Part shown: piece after piece, positions 28,048 to 42,050 of the stretch
Position numbering within the stretch: the first letter of the stretch is position 1
How the letters are laid out: each line of letters begins with the position of its first letter
Assembly (NCBI RefSeq): GCF_001194135.2
Contig: NC_068991.1
Coordinates: forward strand, 47,504,833-47,568,832
Direction of reading: 5' to 3'
Origin: Octopus bimaculoides
Lineage: Eukaryota
Length of the DNA: 64,000 nt
The notes under the pieces: generated by a model
What the model was told of the DNA's origin: nothing
Seen by the model: only the letters and a program-made list of their open reading frames with translations
The model's database searches: none
Made by a program: the position numbers and the translations under genes

Positions 28048-28754
28048 TGGTTTGTACCCATAGATCATCTTGCTAATGTGGTCAGCCAGGAATCTGAGGT
28101 ACATGGAGTGATATACTTTGCCCAGCAACACAACACAGTAAATGCATTAAGATTTAAATTAAATTAATGACCTTAAGCCTTTTGCTATTAACCCCAACCT
28201 GAGATTGCCCCTGAGAACAAACTTTCTGTTTTAAACTGATCTTAATTAAAACCTTTCATCAAAATTTCATGTTAATTTATGTTCCAAACAGTAGCTTAAT
28301 CATGACAAAACTAATTTACTAAATTCCTCATTATTTCCAAAATGAATTGAAACAAAGGCAGTGCATTTAAATAGAAATATAGTAACAAAATGGTTGAACA
28401 TCACAGCTATTGGACCTCTTAAAAATATTGAAAATTGATATTGTATTAGTAATGTATTTTACTATGCAATTCTGAAGCTTGATGGTGACTTCATCATCCT
28501 ATAACATCCGTTTTCCATGCTGGCATTAACTTGTTGAAAAGAAAAGAAAAAAAAAAAGAGTGGTTGGAAAATGAAATTATTCATTCCTAAGCAATTCTTT
28601 CCAGCAGGATGGAGGTAAGGTCAAACAGTCAACCACCAGGGAAAATCTCTAACGTTAAGTCAATATATTTCAAAAACAATTCTTTTATTGGTTTCACTTT
28701 TTGGATTGCAGCCATGCTGTGACTCTTGTCTTTAAGCGTTTAATCAATTATATT

Positions 28755-28899
28755 ATTTAACTAAATACATCATCTTCATTTAACTAAATACATCATCTTC
28801 ATTTAACTAAATACATCATCTTCATTTAACTAAATACATCATCTTCATTTAACTAAATACATCATCTTCATTTAACTAAATACACCATCTTCATTTAAC
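28755..28899. repeat. 23-bp minisatellite x6 (ATTTAACTAAATACATCATCTTC)
   Basis: Five identical units and one with a single substitution. Confidence 0.95.
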
Positions 28900-30559
28900 A
28901 TCTGCTTTCCATGCTGGCATGGGTTGGACGGTTTGACATGGAGCTGGCTAGCAGGGAGCTGTCCAGACTCCAATTGTCTGTTGTGGCATGGTTTCTACAG
29001 CTGGATGCCCTTCTTAATGCCAACTACTTAACGGAGTGTGCTGGATACTTTTTACGTGCCACTGGCACAGGTCATTCTTTGATGAGCTTCTGCCTTCAAA
29101 ACTTCATCCACAAGACTTTGGTCAATTTGCAGTTGTTGTAGAAAACATTTGCCTAAAGCATTATGCTGTGTGAGATTGAAACTAAAACCAGATGGTTCTG
29201 AAGTGAACATTATAACAGGCATAATCATGCCTGTGTGTCCATTATTATTAATGAAATGTTTCAAGTAGGTTTAAATAATTACAGAACTGAGTTATCAGGT
29301 GAAGTTCTTTTACAAAGAATTGCAATAGGTTTGATCTGTTATTATCTGGTAGTGACATTTAACAATAAATCTTGTATTTAATTACTGAATGGAACTAGAA
29401 TGTTTCCATAACTACAAGCTGCAGATCAGGAATTAAGAAATATCACTTAGTGTTGATGGAAGATATAATTAAAAGCTATGATTTTATTATATACATCCTG
29501 CTGAAGACTGTTGAAGGAACAATGAATTAACAATGGAATGCATTTGCTGCTTGACTTACCAGTTTGAGTCATATTAACCACACAAGTGCAGGAGTGGCTG
29601 TGTGTTTTAGATGTTTGTTTTCCAACCACATGGTTTTGGGTTCAACTCCACTGTCACACTTGAGCATGTATCTCCTACTATAGCTCCCAAACTGTCCAAA
29701 GCCTTGTGAGTAGATTTGGTAGACAGAAACTGAAAGGAGGCTTCATCTGTGTGTGTGTGTATGTTGGTGTCTCCTTGTCTTGACATTACATCATTATCAT
29801 TATCATCACTTTGTGTCTATTTTCCATGCTGGCATGGGTTAGATGGTTTGACTGGATGCTCTTTCTAATGCCAACCACTCCGAGAGTGTAATGAGTACTT
29901 TTTATGTGCCACCAGCACGGGTGCCACTTACATGACACCGCTAATCACCACGACTACGATTTCACTTGTCTTGACAAGTCATTCGTCTTCAATATTCTGT
30001 GAAACCTATCTGGTTATGAGGAAATAGTACTTAACTTGGAAATGAGTGAGAGTTGGCAACAGGAAAAGCATCCAGTCATTGAAAGTCTGTGTAATTATGT
30101 CCAACCCATGCAAGCATGGAAATTTGGACATTAAAATGATAATGATGATGATTTCTGTTATTAAAAAAGCAAACTGTCTCCATTAACATTTGTTTTAATC
30201 AAAATAATGTTTTTTTTTGTCTAAAAAGAAGTATACAACTATGAATTATAAGACTGTGACATTCCATGGTTGGTAGGGTAGCAGAAGATTTGTTTGATTG
30301 TAATATTAATATATACTTGTTGCACCTTACTTAATCAGTGTAGAGCTATGGTTGGTTACAATAATAATGCCAGCAACAACTGTTTTAAGGTTGTACAATA
30401 CAAACAAGATGGTGATATTTTTTTAAACTTAACATTGCCATTAGAACAGCACCAATAATAGGCAAATTACCCTCACAAGGCAGTAAAAGTTATCCATAAA
30501 TTGTTGACAATTTTTTTCTGCCTTGTAAAGGTAATTTACACATTATTCTTTCTTTTCTT

Positions 30560-31128
30560 TTTATTCATTTACTTGTTTCAGTCATTTGACTGCGGCCATG
30601 CTGGAGCACCGCCTTTAGTCGAATCAAATCGACCCCNNNNNNNNNNNNNNNNNNNNNNNNNNNNNNNNNNNNNNNNNNNNNNNNNNNNNNNNNNNNNNNN
30701 NNNNNNNNNNNNNNNNNNNNNNNNNNNNNNNNNNNNNNNNNNNNNNNNNNNNNNNNNNNNNNNNNNNNNNNNNNNNNNNNNNNNNNNNNNNNNNNNNNNN
30801 NNNNNNNNNNNNNNNNNNNNNNNNNNNNNNNNNNNNNNNNNNNNNNNNNNNNNNNNNNNNNNNNNNNNNNNNNNNNNNNNNNNNNNNNNNNNNNNNNNNN
30901 NNNNNNNNNNNNNNNNNNNNNNNNNNNNNNNNNNNNNNNNNNNNNNNNNNNNNNNATATATATATATATACGACGGGCTTCTTTCAGTTTCCGTCTACCA
31001 AATCCACTCACAAGGCTTTGGTCGGCCCGAGGCTATAGTAAAAGACACTTGCCCAAGGTGCCATGCAGTGGGACTGAACCCGGAACCATGTGGTTGGTAA
31101 GCAAGCTACTTACCACACAGCCACTCCT
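30560..31128 (-). mobile_element. Dominant SINE spanning an N-gap
   Basis: Both ends match the family; gap covers the microsatellite centre. Confidence 0.85.
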
Positions 31129-33129
31129 ACCAATCCACCTGAGACTGCTGCTTGGTTTATAATACAAATTTCCTGTTTTAAAGTGTTTTGAATTAAAACC
31201 TTCCATCAAAATTTTGAGTTAAATCATGTTCCAAACAACTGCTTAACAATGTCATTTTATTTTATTGAATTTTTCATTATTTTCAAAATTCATTGAAACA
31301 AAGGTAGTGTATATTAGTAGAAATTTGGTAATGAGAAGGTTAATACATTACACATTACTTCAGCCATGTTTGTTATCTATCTGTCTATATCTATCTGTAC
31401 ATGTATTAGTTGTGTAGCCCAAGGTTAGTTAACCTTGATTGAGCAGACTTATGATCAAAAGTGTTTTGATCCCTGACCACTTTCTCAAATATTTTGTATC
31501 TTGAATTACATTACTCAATCTGTCCTATTTTTAAGTTGGTAGTATGACATGTGGGAGATTTGATTGCTGTTTCTAGCAGGTCATCCTTGTCTTAAGACAC
31601 AATAACAGGGCTCTCCTCTCTCTCTCTCTTATATATAATCATGTAATTGAAACATTCTGGATTGCATGTACTATGATTGCACTATTCAACAACAATGCAT
31701 GTGCAGCCAGTGATCATAGATAACCAACCTACAGAGTCACCCATAAATAATACACTTCATGCTATTCTAGTTGTTCAATTATTACACAAGGTTTTGTAGC
31801 CTCGTGTTGCAGCAGCTCTGATTTTCCAGTTGCTGACAAATTTGATTAACATGCCAACATCAAATTTTGTATGAAACTCAAAACCCTGAAAATAATTGGT
31901 CAGGCTTTTGAGTTGCACATGTATTTTTAAGCTGATCAGGTGTCAGTTCAGGGTTACCAGTTTCTAACAAAACCTCCCAAAATATGGAAAAAATTTGTGA
32001 ATTCATTTATGAGGACAATGACTGAACAATCCATCAGTTCACTAAGTCATGAAGTCTATTTGGGGATTCTTGTGAATTTTGTCTTTGGCTCTTGACATTC
32101 AGTTATAATGAGTGACATTTTGAAGTATGCCTTGAGCACAAAATGAAATTAAAGCTGAAGGAGTGAAGTTTGTGGGAGCAAATGAAATTCCTATAGAATC
32201 ACAGGGGCTATTAAATGAGCTTCAGGAAGAAGATTTCTGCTGTACCTTTAAGTTCCAGAAACTGCTCTAAGGGAATGGTGCCAGAATATAAATAATGACA
32301 TTGTTTATTGAAGTACTGATATACCTTTAATATATACCATTATGTATGTGTGTAACCTTACTAGTGCCAATGACATGAGATAAGCACCCAGTGCACACTG
32401 TAGAGCGGTTGGTGTTAGGAAGGGCATACAGCCATACAAACCCTGCCAAAGCAACAACGGAACATAATGCAGGTCCTTGGACTCATCGAATCCTGTCGAA
32501 CCATCCAGCATGAGACATGGCTGTTAGAGGCTTCTGCTGCTGCTGATATATAAGATGCAAGCATGGTGAATGAGAAATTTACTCCCCAACTTCATGGTTT
32601 TGGGTTTAGTTGCCCCATTGCATGAACCTTGTACAAGTGTCTTCTGCTATAGTCCAAGGCTGAGGAAAGCCTTTTGAGTAGAATTGGTAGATGGAAACTG
32701 AAAGAAGTCCATCGTGTGTGTGCTGGTGTCTCCCTGTCTTGACATAGTGCTATAGTTGTAAATGAGCATCCTTGTCATAAAAGTGTTGTTCATTTCCAGT
32801 ATTCTGCAAAAATGTCTGGTTACAGGAAATATTAACTTGTTTGAAAATGGGTGTGAATTGGTGACAAGAAGAGTATCTGGCCTTAAAAAAATCTGCCTCA
32901 ATAAGCTCATCCAACCCATGGAGAAGTGGACATTGAAAAAGTGAAAATATGTATATATGTGTGTGTGTGTGTGTGTGATGGTATATGAATGGTCGTGATT
33001 TAAAGTACCTATTGTCATTTTTTACCCTCTCAAATCATTAATTCACTTTGGTTATGCAATTATGCAACAAATATTTATTGTGTAATCAAACCTACCCCAA
33101 AATGATTTTAAATATTTTTGTCATTGCAG

Positions 33130-33203
33130 TAATGTCAAATCAGTTAACTCAAGCAATATCAGTCCCAATTCAAATAACTCGTCCTGCCGGTACTACAGAA
33201 TTG
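33130..33203 (+). CDS. GTF2A1: TFIIA alpha/beta linker exon (VMSNQLTQAISVPIQITRPAGTTEL)
   Basis: ttgcag acceptor, GTAGGT donor, phase 1-0 matching both neighbours. Confidence 0.75.
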
Positions 33204-34058
33204 GTAGGTCTTTTTCTTTTTTTTCTTCTTTGCTTTATATTCCGTGTTTGCTTTATAGTTATAGTATACACTCGTCACTGTGTAACCCACCTTATGATGT
33301 ATACTACTCAAAACGTATCCCAACTCATAACATGTGCTCCTCAGTGAGTAATGTTGTGATTCCAGTGAGGGTTACACCAAAATGTGTTTCTCTGTCTCCT
33401 CCAGGCTCACAGAATTTGAACTTGGTACAGCTAGATAACAAACAACTTGTCAATATTACAGTGATATTAAGGCAGCAAGTTGGCAGAAGTGTTAGCAAGC
33501 TGTGTAGAATGTTTAGCAGCATTTCATCTGTCCTTATGTTCTGAGTTCAAATCCATCGAGGTCACCTTTACCTTTCATCCTTTTGAGGTCGATAAAATAA
33601 GCACCAGTTGAGCACTGGGGGTCAATGTAAATGACTTACCCTTTCCTCTGAACTTGCTGGTCTTGTGCCAAAATTTGAAACCATTGTTGTTATTATTAGG
33701 AGGACATGGCACAAGGTGGTGAAGCATGATCTTCAGATGTTGGGTCTTATGGAGGTGATGACAAATGATTGAAACCTTTGGAGGTTTGCCAGGCCAAGTG
33801 AAACCATAGTTGTGGACAGTGCCAGTGACCTGTAAAAGGCATCCACTACACTCATTACAGTGGTTGGCATCAGGAAGGGCATCCAGCTGTAGAAATCAAC
33901 CCAAAACCAGACTGGAGCCTGGTACAGGTCTCTAGCTTACCAGCTCCAATCAAACCATCTAACCCATGCTAGCATAGAAACAGACACTAAATGAGGATGA
34001 TTGTTATTATTATTATTGTTATTATTGTTATTATTATTATTATTATTATATATTGTAG

Positions 34059-34146
34059 AGTACCCCTGCTCAGACAGCTGCTATGGCTCTCACAACTGGA
34101 TTGTTCCAGCAACAATTAGCTGCAGGTATTTCTCTGCAACCATCTG
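34059..34146 (+). CDS. GTF2A1: TFIIA alpha/beta linker exon (STPAQTAAMALTTGLFQQQLAAGISLQPS)
   Basis: tgtag acceptor after (att)n, G|GTAAGA donor, phase 0-1; resembles the TPAATAATLAL linker motif of vertebrate TFIIA. Confidence 0.8.
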
Positions 34147-35402
34147 GTAAGAACTTTGATATTTTTGTCAGCATACATACACACACACAGACACAAAAAC
34201 ACACATTCACTCCTAAACACTGTTGCATGGATGCATACTCATTTGTATGCACACACATATGCATGTCTGCATACACTCAACACACTCACAAATATTAATG
34301 TGCATATGAACAAAAGCTGGAACATGCATTTCTCATCAATAATTTATAGGATTTGTGCTTAGATATGTATATAGAAGTATTTGTATAATTGTCAAATGCC
34401 GTATATATGGCTTGACCTATATTAGCATGGAAAAGTTGACGTTAAAAGAAATGATTGATTGATTGATTATGTATTTATTTCAGTCATTTAGGTGATACAG
34501 TTCTGGTGAGGAAGAGGACCCCATAACCATTTAGCATTTAAAAATTAGTTTTATAGATACATCTTTCAAAGTTTCTATTTTGTTTTTTACACATTAACTT
34601 GTCTATGTTGTACTATGTAAAACGTTAGAGATAGAAATCTAGTTGTTTCTTGTAATAAATAAATCTAAAGCAAAATTTTTCATAGAGCCTTAAAATACTA
34701 TTGTGGATGCCTACTTTACTATGTGCATGGACCGACCCCAGTTGAGAACCACTGATGGAAAAGTGTTCAGGATTTTGGATCTGGGTGTGTGTGACATAAA
34801 AAGGGGATGAGAATACAGTTATGTCTGAGAAGAAGGATTAGTTATATAATTGTTTGAGGAGAGCAGGGGCTGCAGTAGTAGTGGGAGAAGATGCACAGAG
34901 GGGACACATCATTGTGAGTTTGGGGTTGAAGTCTTTTTCAAGTGTGGATCTTTGTCAATTAGTCGAATGACTTCATGGTTGGGAAGCTTGCTTGCCAACC
35001 ATGTGGTCTGTTGTTCCATCCCACTGCATGACACTATAGGTAACTGTCTTGTGATATATATATATGTGTGTGTGTGTATGTGTGTACTCTTGTCTTTTCA
35101 TCACATTATGGTTGTAAATGAGCATCACTGTCATATAAGTGATATTGTTAATTTTCAGTTTAATGTGAAAAACATCAAGGGAAAATATTGCCTTACTTGG
35201 CATCAGGTGAAAGCTGCCAACAAGAAGGGCATCTGCACATAGAAAAACTGCCTCAATGAGTTCAGTCTCACCCATACAAGCATAGGAAGGTTGATATTAA
35301 ATTGATAAAATGCATCAGAATGTCTTGATAAAAAAGTTTTTTTTTTTAATTCTTTTTGTTGCTAATTTCTTTCTAATTTTCTCTTTTTTTTCTCTGTGGC
35401 AG

Positions 35403-35587
35403 CTAATAATCATTTTATCACAGTAACTAACATTCCACAACAAGCTGTTCAGTCATCACCACAAGTTGCCACGGCAACCATCACAGTTCCCAATGCAAAC
35501 ACACTCGTTCATAATCAAGTACACACCACTGCTACTGTTTCTGCTCCATCCACCCAAGTCCTGCACCCCACAGTAAATGCTTCAACG
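35403..35587 (+). CDS. GTF2A1: TFIIA alpha/beta linker exon (ANNHFITVTNIPQQ...NAST)
   Basis: Long polypyrimidine tract then gcag, ACG|GTGAGT donor, phase 1-0, open Q/T/V-rich frame. Confidence 0.8.
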
Positions 35588-35779
35588 GTGAGTACCACAA
35601 GTTTTCTCTTTTAGGTTGATGTTGATCTTTGATGGCTGAATTCTTCCAAATATCTTCCATTTGTTTGTTCTATTTCATATACATCATTCCATGGGATAAA
35701 GTTTTGTGTGTGTGTGGTTATTTATTTGTGTATATGTGATATAAGAGGGACAATAAACAAAAAATCCTTGAAGATACAT

Positions 35780-36050
35780 ATGCAATGATGTCTGGTGTCC
35801 TGCAGGAATCTGTTCTCAGTCCTCTTGTTTGTTGCATACATTAATGAAATAGATGCTAACTTGTACATGTTACTGTGTTTAGATATGGAGGTGACATTAA
35901 ACTGTACCTTGAGATAAAAAGGAAGGATCCTATACATTATAGATCTATCTTGCAATCTGACCTGAACATAATGCAGCACGAGATTCCTGACTGGTAACTC
36001 AAGTTGGCAGCAGACAAGTGTACCTCCATACATTTTGGGAGGAATAGTCT
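35780..36050 (+). mobile_element. Degenerate CR1/Jockey-type RT fragment
   Basis: SGVLQESVLSPLLFVAYINE resembles [20 protein letters not shown]. Confidence 0.65.
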
Positions 36051-36334
36051 GCAATTTACCTACTTACCAATCTTGAAAAATCTGCTGGTGAATGCAACCT
36101 AGGTATTATTGTCAACATTGATCTGTCAAAAAGGCTTAATGTGTCTTGCATCACTCAGTAGGACTCTTGTTAGCCACTCAACAGCTATCTATTTAAAGCT
36201 ATATATTTTTAAAAGAATGTCATTGAAGTTAGTGTCAGTTTTGATGGAATTAAATAAAATGGAATTAAAATAAATGATAAAAGATAAATGTATATTTGTA
36301 TCTGAAAAATATATTGTTAAATTTCTTTTGACAG

Positions 36335-36472
36335 CCAACTAGCATAATTCAGTTTGATGGGGCAGCTGACACAAGTTCTGAAGATGAAGATGATTACGAA
36401 AACGATGAGAATGAAGATGAGGAGGATGAGGCTGCAAATGAAGAAGAAGTCGAAACTGGAGGTGTTGAAGAG
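36335..36472 (+). CDS. GTF2A1: TFIIA alpha/beta exon with taspase-type site and acidic tract (PTSIIQFDGAADTSSEDEDD...GVEE)
   Basis: QxDG..DTSSE motif as in TFIIA; gacag acceptor, GTAATT donor, 138 nt phase 0-0. Confidence 0.92.
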
Positions 36473-38532
36473 GTAATTGATACATAGTTACCTTAAAAGT
36501 TCTTGGTTAATGTTAGCAGCATGGACTTATGAATGCTCCGGTAGGAAGGGTGAGGAAGAATGCTGTCAATTAATGAGTCATTATGATAATGACTCATTAT
36601 TATCATTATTATTTTACAGGCAAGGTTGTGTGATTTAAGAAGTTTGCTTCCCAATTACATGACTTCAAGTTCAGACTCAATGGGCAGCACATTGGGCAAA
36701 TAAAAGACTTATAAGTAGATTTGGTAAACAGAAACTGAAAGAATCCCGTTGTGTGTGTGTGTGTGTGTCATTGTCTTAACATTGTATGATAGTCCAAAAC
36801 GAATGTCATACAAGCAGTGTCATTCGTTTTCAATGTTCTGCAAAAACATGTCTGGCCATGGGGAAATATTATCTTGCTTGGAAACAGGTGAGGGTTGGCA
36901 ACAGGAAGGGTACCTGGTTGAAGAACATCTGCCTTAATAAAATCTGTCTGAACCATGCAAGCATGGAATAGTGATAAGTGGTGACAATGAAAAAAATGAA
37001 GAACAGTATTTGCATTTTATTATATGAATATTGGGACTGCATTAATTCTGTTACCTGACAACTTTACATATTTAAGACAGCTCAGAAAGGTTAAGCTCAA
37101 TGTCTTCTACCACAAGCAAAGTGTTTTCTTTTTTTGAGTCTCCTGAATTCATCAAATTGTTTGACACCTGACGTGTGATGCACCTGTTCAGGCTAAGTGA
37201 TCGTAAAACAATGGGAGATGTAGTGTTTTGCTCAAGAAATACAATGCACCAACTGGTCTAGAAATTGAAACCACAATCTCGAGATTGTGAGTGCAACACC
37301 CTAACCACTAGGCCATATATATTAAATAAATGACAAGGAAATAAGAAATTACTTCTTGAACTTCATTTGAAGCACTGATGAAACTACAGGGCAATACACA
37401 ATAACTCAACTGTGAGTGCATTGCATCTTATAGCAGAAACAGCTGTAAGCTAATGAAGGTACATGACATAATTTCTTATTCCTTTGTTATTTATGTAATT
37501 TCTTATTACTGCTCTACTCAACTGATGCTTTGTTCTGAAGCATATGTATATTGAATCCAAACACCAGGTCATTAGTATTGCTGTGCCTAAGCGAAATAAT
37601 GAAATGTGGGACGTGGTGGTAATGGGGGGGGGGGGCATGGCTATGTGGTTAAGATGTTTGTTTCCCAACCAGGTAGTTTTGGATTCAGTTTTGCTGCATG
37701 GCACCTTGGGCAGGTATCTTCTATAGCCCCCCTCTAAGTCAACGAAAGCCTTGTGAGTGGATTTAGTAAATGGAAATCAGAAGAAGCCTGTCATGTATTC
37801 ATATATATATATATGTATGTATGTGTGCATGCATGGGTGGATATTTGTGTCTCTTTGTCGTGACATCATGCAAGGGTTGCAAACAAGCATCACTGTCATA
37901 CAAGTGGTATCATTCATTTCTAATTTTTAATAAAAATGGGTCCAACCACAGGGAAATATCTTTATCTTGGAAACAAATGAGGGTTTGTCTTAGGGAAGGT
38001 ATCTGATCATATAAATCTGCTTTAACAAATTTTATTTAACCTATACAAGCATAGAAAGGTCATCATCATCATCGTTTAACGTCTGCTTTCCATGCTAGCA
38101 TGGGTTGGACGATTTGACTGAGGACTGGTGAACCAGATGGCTACACCAGGCTCCAATCTGATGTGGCAGAGTTTCTACAGCTGGATGCCCTTCCTAACGC
38201 CAACCACTCCGAGAGTGTGGTAAAAGATGATGTAGCCATATGCATGGTTAAGAAGTTTGCTTTGTAGTGACATAATTTTGGGTTTGATCTTAATGCATCG
38301 CTGACACCCCAGGTTGACTAATGCCTTCTTGAAATTTTCTTGACAGAATCTATTATATGGAAGTCCACTACATGTGTATGTTTGACTTTTTTTTTTTTTG
38401 CATTGGCATTGCTTAGACAATGGTGATATCATCTTGTTTCCTGGTGAAATGTGTATCAGAGAGAGAGGGGCGGAGAGGAGGAGTTCAATAATGATGATGA
38501 TGATTTGAGTTTTTTTTTTAATCCCAATTTAG

Positions 38533-38622
38533 GAACCTTTGAATTCCGAAGATGATGTTAGTGATGGAGATGTTACTGATTTGTTTGACACAGATAATGT
38601 CGTAGTATGCCAGTATGAAAAG
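38533..38622 (+). CDS. GTF2A1: TFIIA alpha/beta exon (EPLNSEDDVSD...DNVVVCQYEK)
   Basis: Conserved EPLNSEDDVS and NVVVCQY motifs; ttag acceptor, GTAAGA donor. Confidence 0.95.
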
Positions 38623-41143
38623 GTAAGACCAACTCCGATTTGATTCTCTATATTCTTCATTGTATTCTGTCTTGTTTTTATTTAAATATTAATATCACCT
38701 GTATTTATCAAACTATTGGATGTTATACACCGCTGGTCACAATGCACTCGTCCTTTTTTGATTGTGCCCTTCTTTTCCATCCTGTTCCAAATTAAGTGAA
38801 TTGTCTTCCCTCTGTGCTGGTGCCATATAAAGGGCACTCATGCCAGCACCATGTAGAATCACTGATGCTGGTGCCACATTAAAAGCAGCCAGCACACACT
38901 GTATGATGGTGCTAGGAAGGACATCCAGCCATAGAAACCATGCCAGATTAGACTGGAACTTGGTGCAGCTCTCCTGCTTGTCAGCATAGAAAGCAGACAT
39001 TAAAAGAGGCTGATGATGATGATGATGATTGTTGTGGAGACCTGATGCGCAGTCTTTTCTGATCTCTTAGATACCACTTGGCAACTGTAAGGGTTCACCT
39101 TTTGTTTGTGAGCCTTGCAACATGTCCAACCCAGTGGAACTTGTGTTTTCAGTACTCTGCGATCACATTGTTCACTCAAATTACTTCATTTTAGGTTTGC
39201 TCTCACAATGATATTCCTAAACTGGATCTTTCCATGCCCTTTTGCATTATAGCCAGTCAATATTCTTTCCTCTTTGTAGAAGCCCATGTCTCACTTGTGT
39301 ATAATGTAATTGAGATGATTCTAAACATAGGACATCCGTTCATTGTTTCAGAGTAGAGTTTTTATCTTTATTCAGTTATATTTCTGAGATTTTACTGGTG
39401 GCCTATCTTCAATATTGTCACTGTACACAAGTTTGGCCACCTAATTGACACTTCATAATTGCTATTATTTAACACATTTTCTTTAATTACTGTCAGATTT
39501 TTACAATTTGAGAACGTGTACATATTTACGTGTAATAAGTAGAACTTTAAAATCACACCTTAGTTTTCTTATATAGAAAGAAATTGTAACCTCGAGTGAT
39601 TATTCCATAAATGAATGTATTCACATTTGTTTTTACCTTCACTTTTTCTACTGTCAACATCAAACTTGCTCCTCAGAACATTACATATTTAATTAAAATT
39701 TCAAGATTGTTTCCCCCCCCCCCCACCTTTTTTTTTCTTCTTTTTACAAAAATATAAACAATGTTTTTTTTTATTAGTGAATATAATACTAATACAAATG
39801 TCTTAGTTTACCACATCATGTATGTTAGTATTATTTTACCTGTGCTTTGCATCCTACTCTCCAGAGCTAAAATATTTATCTATGGTGGTGATGCAGATTT
39901 TCGAATTCAGGCGTAAATATGTAACAACTTCTTTAAGGCTAGATGCTATTCCTTTGATTGTGCAGTGAGATTTACAGAAAGATATGTATATTAATGTACA
40001 TTATTTAATTCTTTTGTTACCATATATCTGTTGAATTACGCTCTTTTTTTTTTCCAGTTCATTTTGAAAGTAATGAAGTATATAGTAAAATAACTTTGTC
40101 CTCATCAAGCTGATGTTTGGAACATAAACTGACATGAAATTTTAATGGCAAATTTTAATTTAGATCATTTTACAACAGAAAGTTTGTATTATAGAACCAA
40201 AGGCATTCTCAGGCAATTTAGTTTAGTAGCAAGAGGGTTCAGCTTAGACCTTGATTGGGCTGTATTTATGAGTATTAAAATGGTGCTGTGTCTTAATAAG
40301 GTACAGTGTACATAACAAATTTTCCAGTCATAAGATATATCTGAAAGAAGGGGAAAAATAAAAACAATGTATAAAATATTGCTTCTTTGACTGAATTGGG
40401 GTGCAGTATTGAGGGAGGTGACTTAGTGCCAAGTGCTTTGAAGCTAAAGTGTGATAGAGGGATAGGAACAGGTGTTTTGTTGTAGATGAGATACATGGCT
40501 ACCCCAGCAGAAAAGGGAGAAAGGGTAGTGGAGATGAGGTGTCGGCATACCTTCAAGGTACAAGAAGGTGGATAAAGAGAGAATAGAGACAGAGAATTGA
40601 TGATGACTGGGTGGAAAGGTTTGTGAGAGTGAGATAGGTTTGTGGCAGATGAGAATAAAAGCAAATGTAGTGAATGGTGAATATGGATGGAGGCTTGGAA
40701 AATGGTGAATGTACTAGGAGGAGGAGGTGATAGGTGGTAATACATTAAAAAACAATGGGGTTGAGAGCAACAGTATAATAAAACTAAATAAATGACAAAC
40801 AGGGAGATGATGTGAAGTGCAGGTGATACAAAAGATGCAGTGACATAGATGGAGGTTAGAGGCATGTAGGGATGGATATAATGAATGTCTTTGTTTCAAT
40901 TGATTTTGAAAATAAAGAATTTATTATAATAACTCTATTATCAAGCTGGTGTTTGGAATGTAAATTAACATTAAATTTTGATGGTAGGTTTTAATTTAAA
41001 TTATTATATTAAAAAAATGGAATTTTCATCATAGAACTGGGACAATCACAGCAGGTTGATGATATTAAAAAGGTTAAACAAACAAACAAACAAAAAAACC
41101 AAGTATTGTTAATTGAAAAACACAAACAATACTCTTCTTTCAG

Positions 41144-41251
41144 ATTCATCGAAACAAGAATAAATGGAAGTTCCAGTTAAAAGACGGAATTATGAATCTC
41201 AATGGAAAAGACTCTGTATTTCAAAAAGGTGTTGGAGATGCTGAATGGTAG
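41144..41251 (+). CDS. GTF2A1: TFIIA alpha/beta last exon (IHRNKNKWKFQLKDGIMNLNGKDSVFQKGVGDAEW*)
   Basis: Conserved C-terminal beta-barrel sequence ending AEW-stop; total CDS 924 nt. Confidence 0.95.
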   Translation: MHRNKNKWKFQLKDGIMNLNGKDSVFQKGVGDAEW

Positions 41252-41359
41252 TTGTCTGTCGAAGTTGCAAGAAGAGATGTTCATGAAATAGAATTTACTT
41301 CCACGGAAAACTGTGCTTGACATTGTTTGTAATCAACTGCTAAGTCAATCATCCTCTAA

Positions 41360-41639
41360 TTTGTGTGTGTGTGTGTGTATATATAAATATGTATATATAT
41401 ACATATATANNNNNNNNNNNNNNNNNNNNNNNNNNNNNNNNNNNNNNNNNNNNNNNNNNNNNNNNNNNNNNNNNNNNNNNNNNNNNNNNNNNNNNNNNNN
41501 NNNNNNNNNNNNNNNNNNNNNNNNNNNNNNNNNNNNNNNNNNNNNNNNNNNNNNNNNNNNNNNNNNNNNNNNNNNNNNNNNNNNNNNNNNNNNNNNNNNN
41601 NNNNNNNNNNNNNNNNNNNNNNNNNNNNNNNNNNNNNNN

Positions 41640-41684
<45 letters not shown>

Positions 41685-41696
41685 TTATAGATTCAT

Positions 41697-41727
<31 letters not shown>

Positions 41728-42050
41728 ATGCATATATATACGTTAAACTTTATAAATTCATTTGTGTGTGTCTGTATATATAAATTTATAAAGTTTAACA
41801 TTTTTATATATACATACACACTCATACACATGCACACGTATACATTTTATAAATTCATATACATATTTATGCATGTATATATGTGTGTGTATATGTATAT
41901 ATTCATATGTCTACACACATACCCATATTTTTATATATATATATCCACAGATATATAGATACGATATATACACATATACATATATAAATATGTATGCACA
42001 TACATGCAAGTATACCATTCGCACTCACTCATGAATATGTGTGTGTGATG
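41360..42050. repeat. (TA)n/(TG)n low-complexity block with gap, just 3' of the GTF2A1 stop
   Basis: Direct inspection. Confidence 0.9.

Noticed and set aside
33405-33424. Candidate extra GTF2A1 mini-exon (ctccag|GCTCACAG...|gtacag)
   Set aside because: After the phase-0 exon at 33203 it hits a stop; the gene is already phase-consistent without it
40293-40865. 190-aa minus-strand ORF
   Set aside because: Low-complexity pyrimidine-rich translation with no domain; likely decayed repeat
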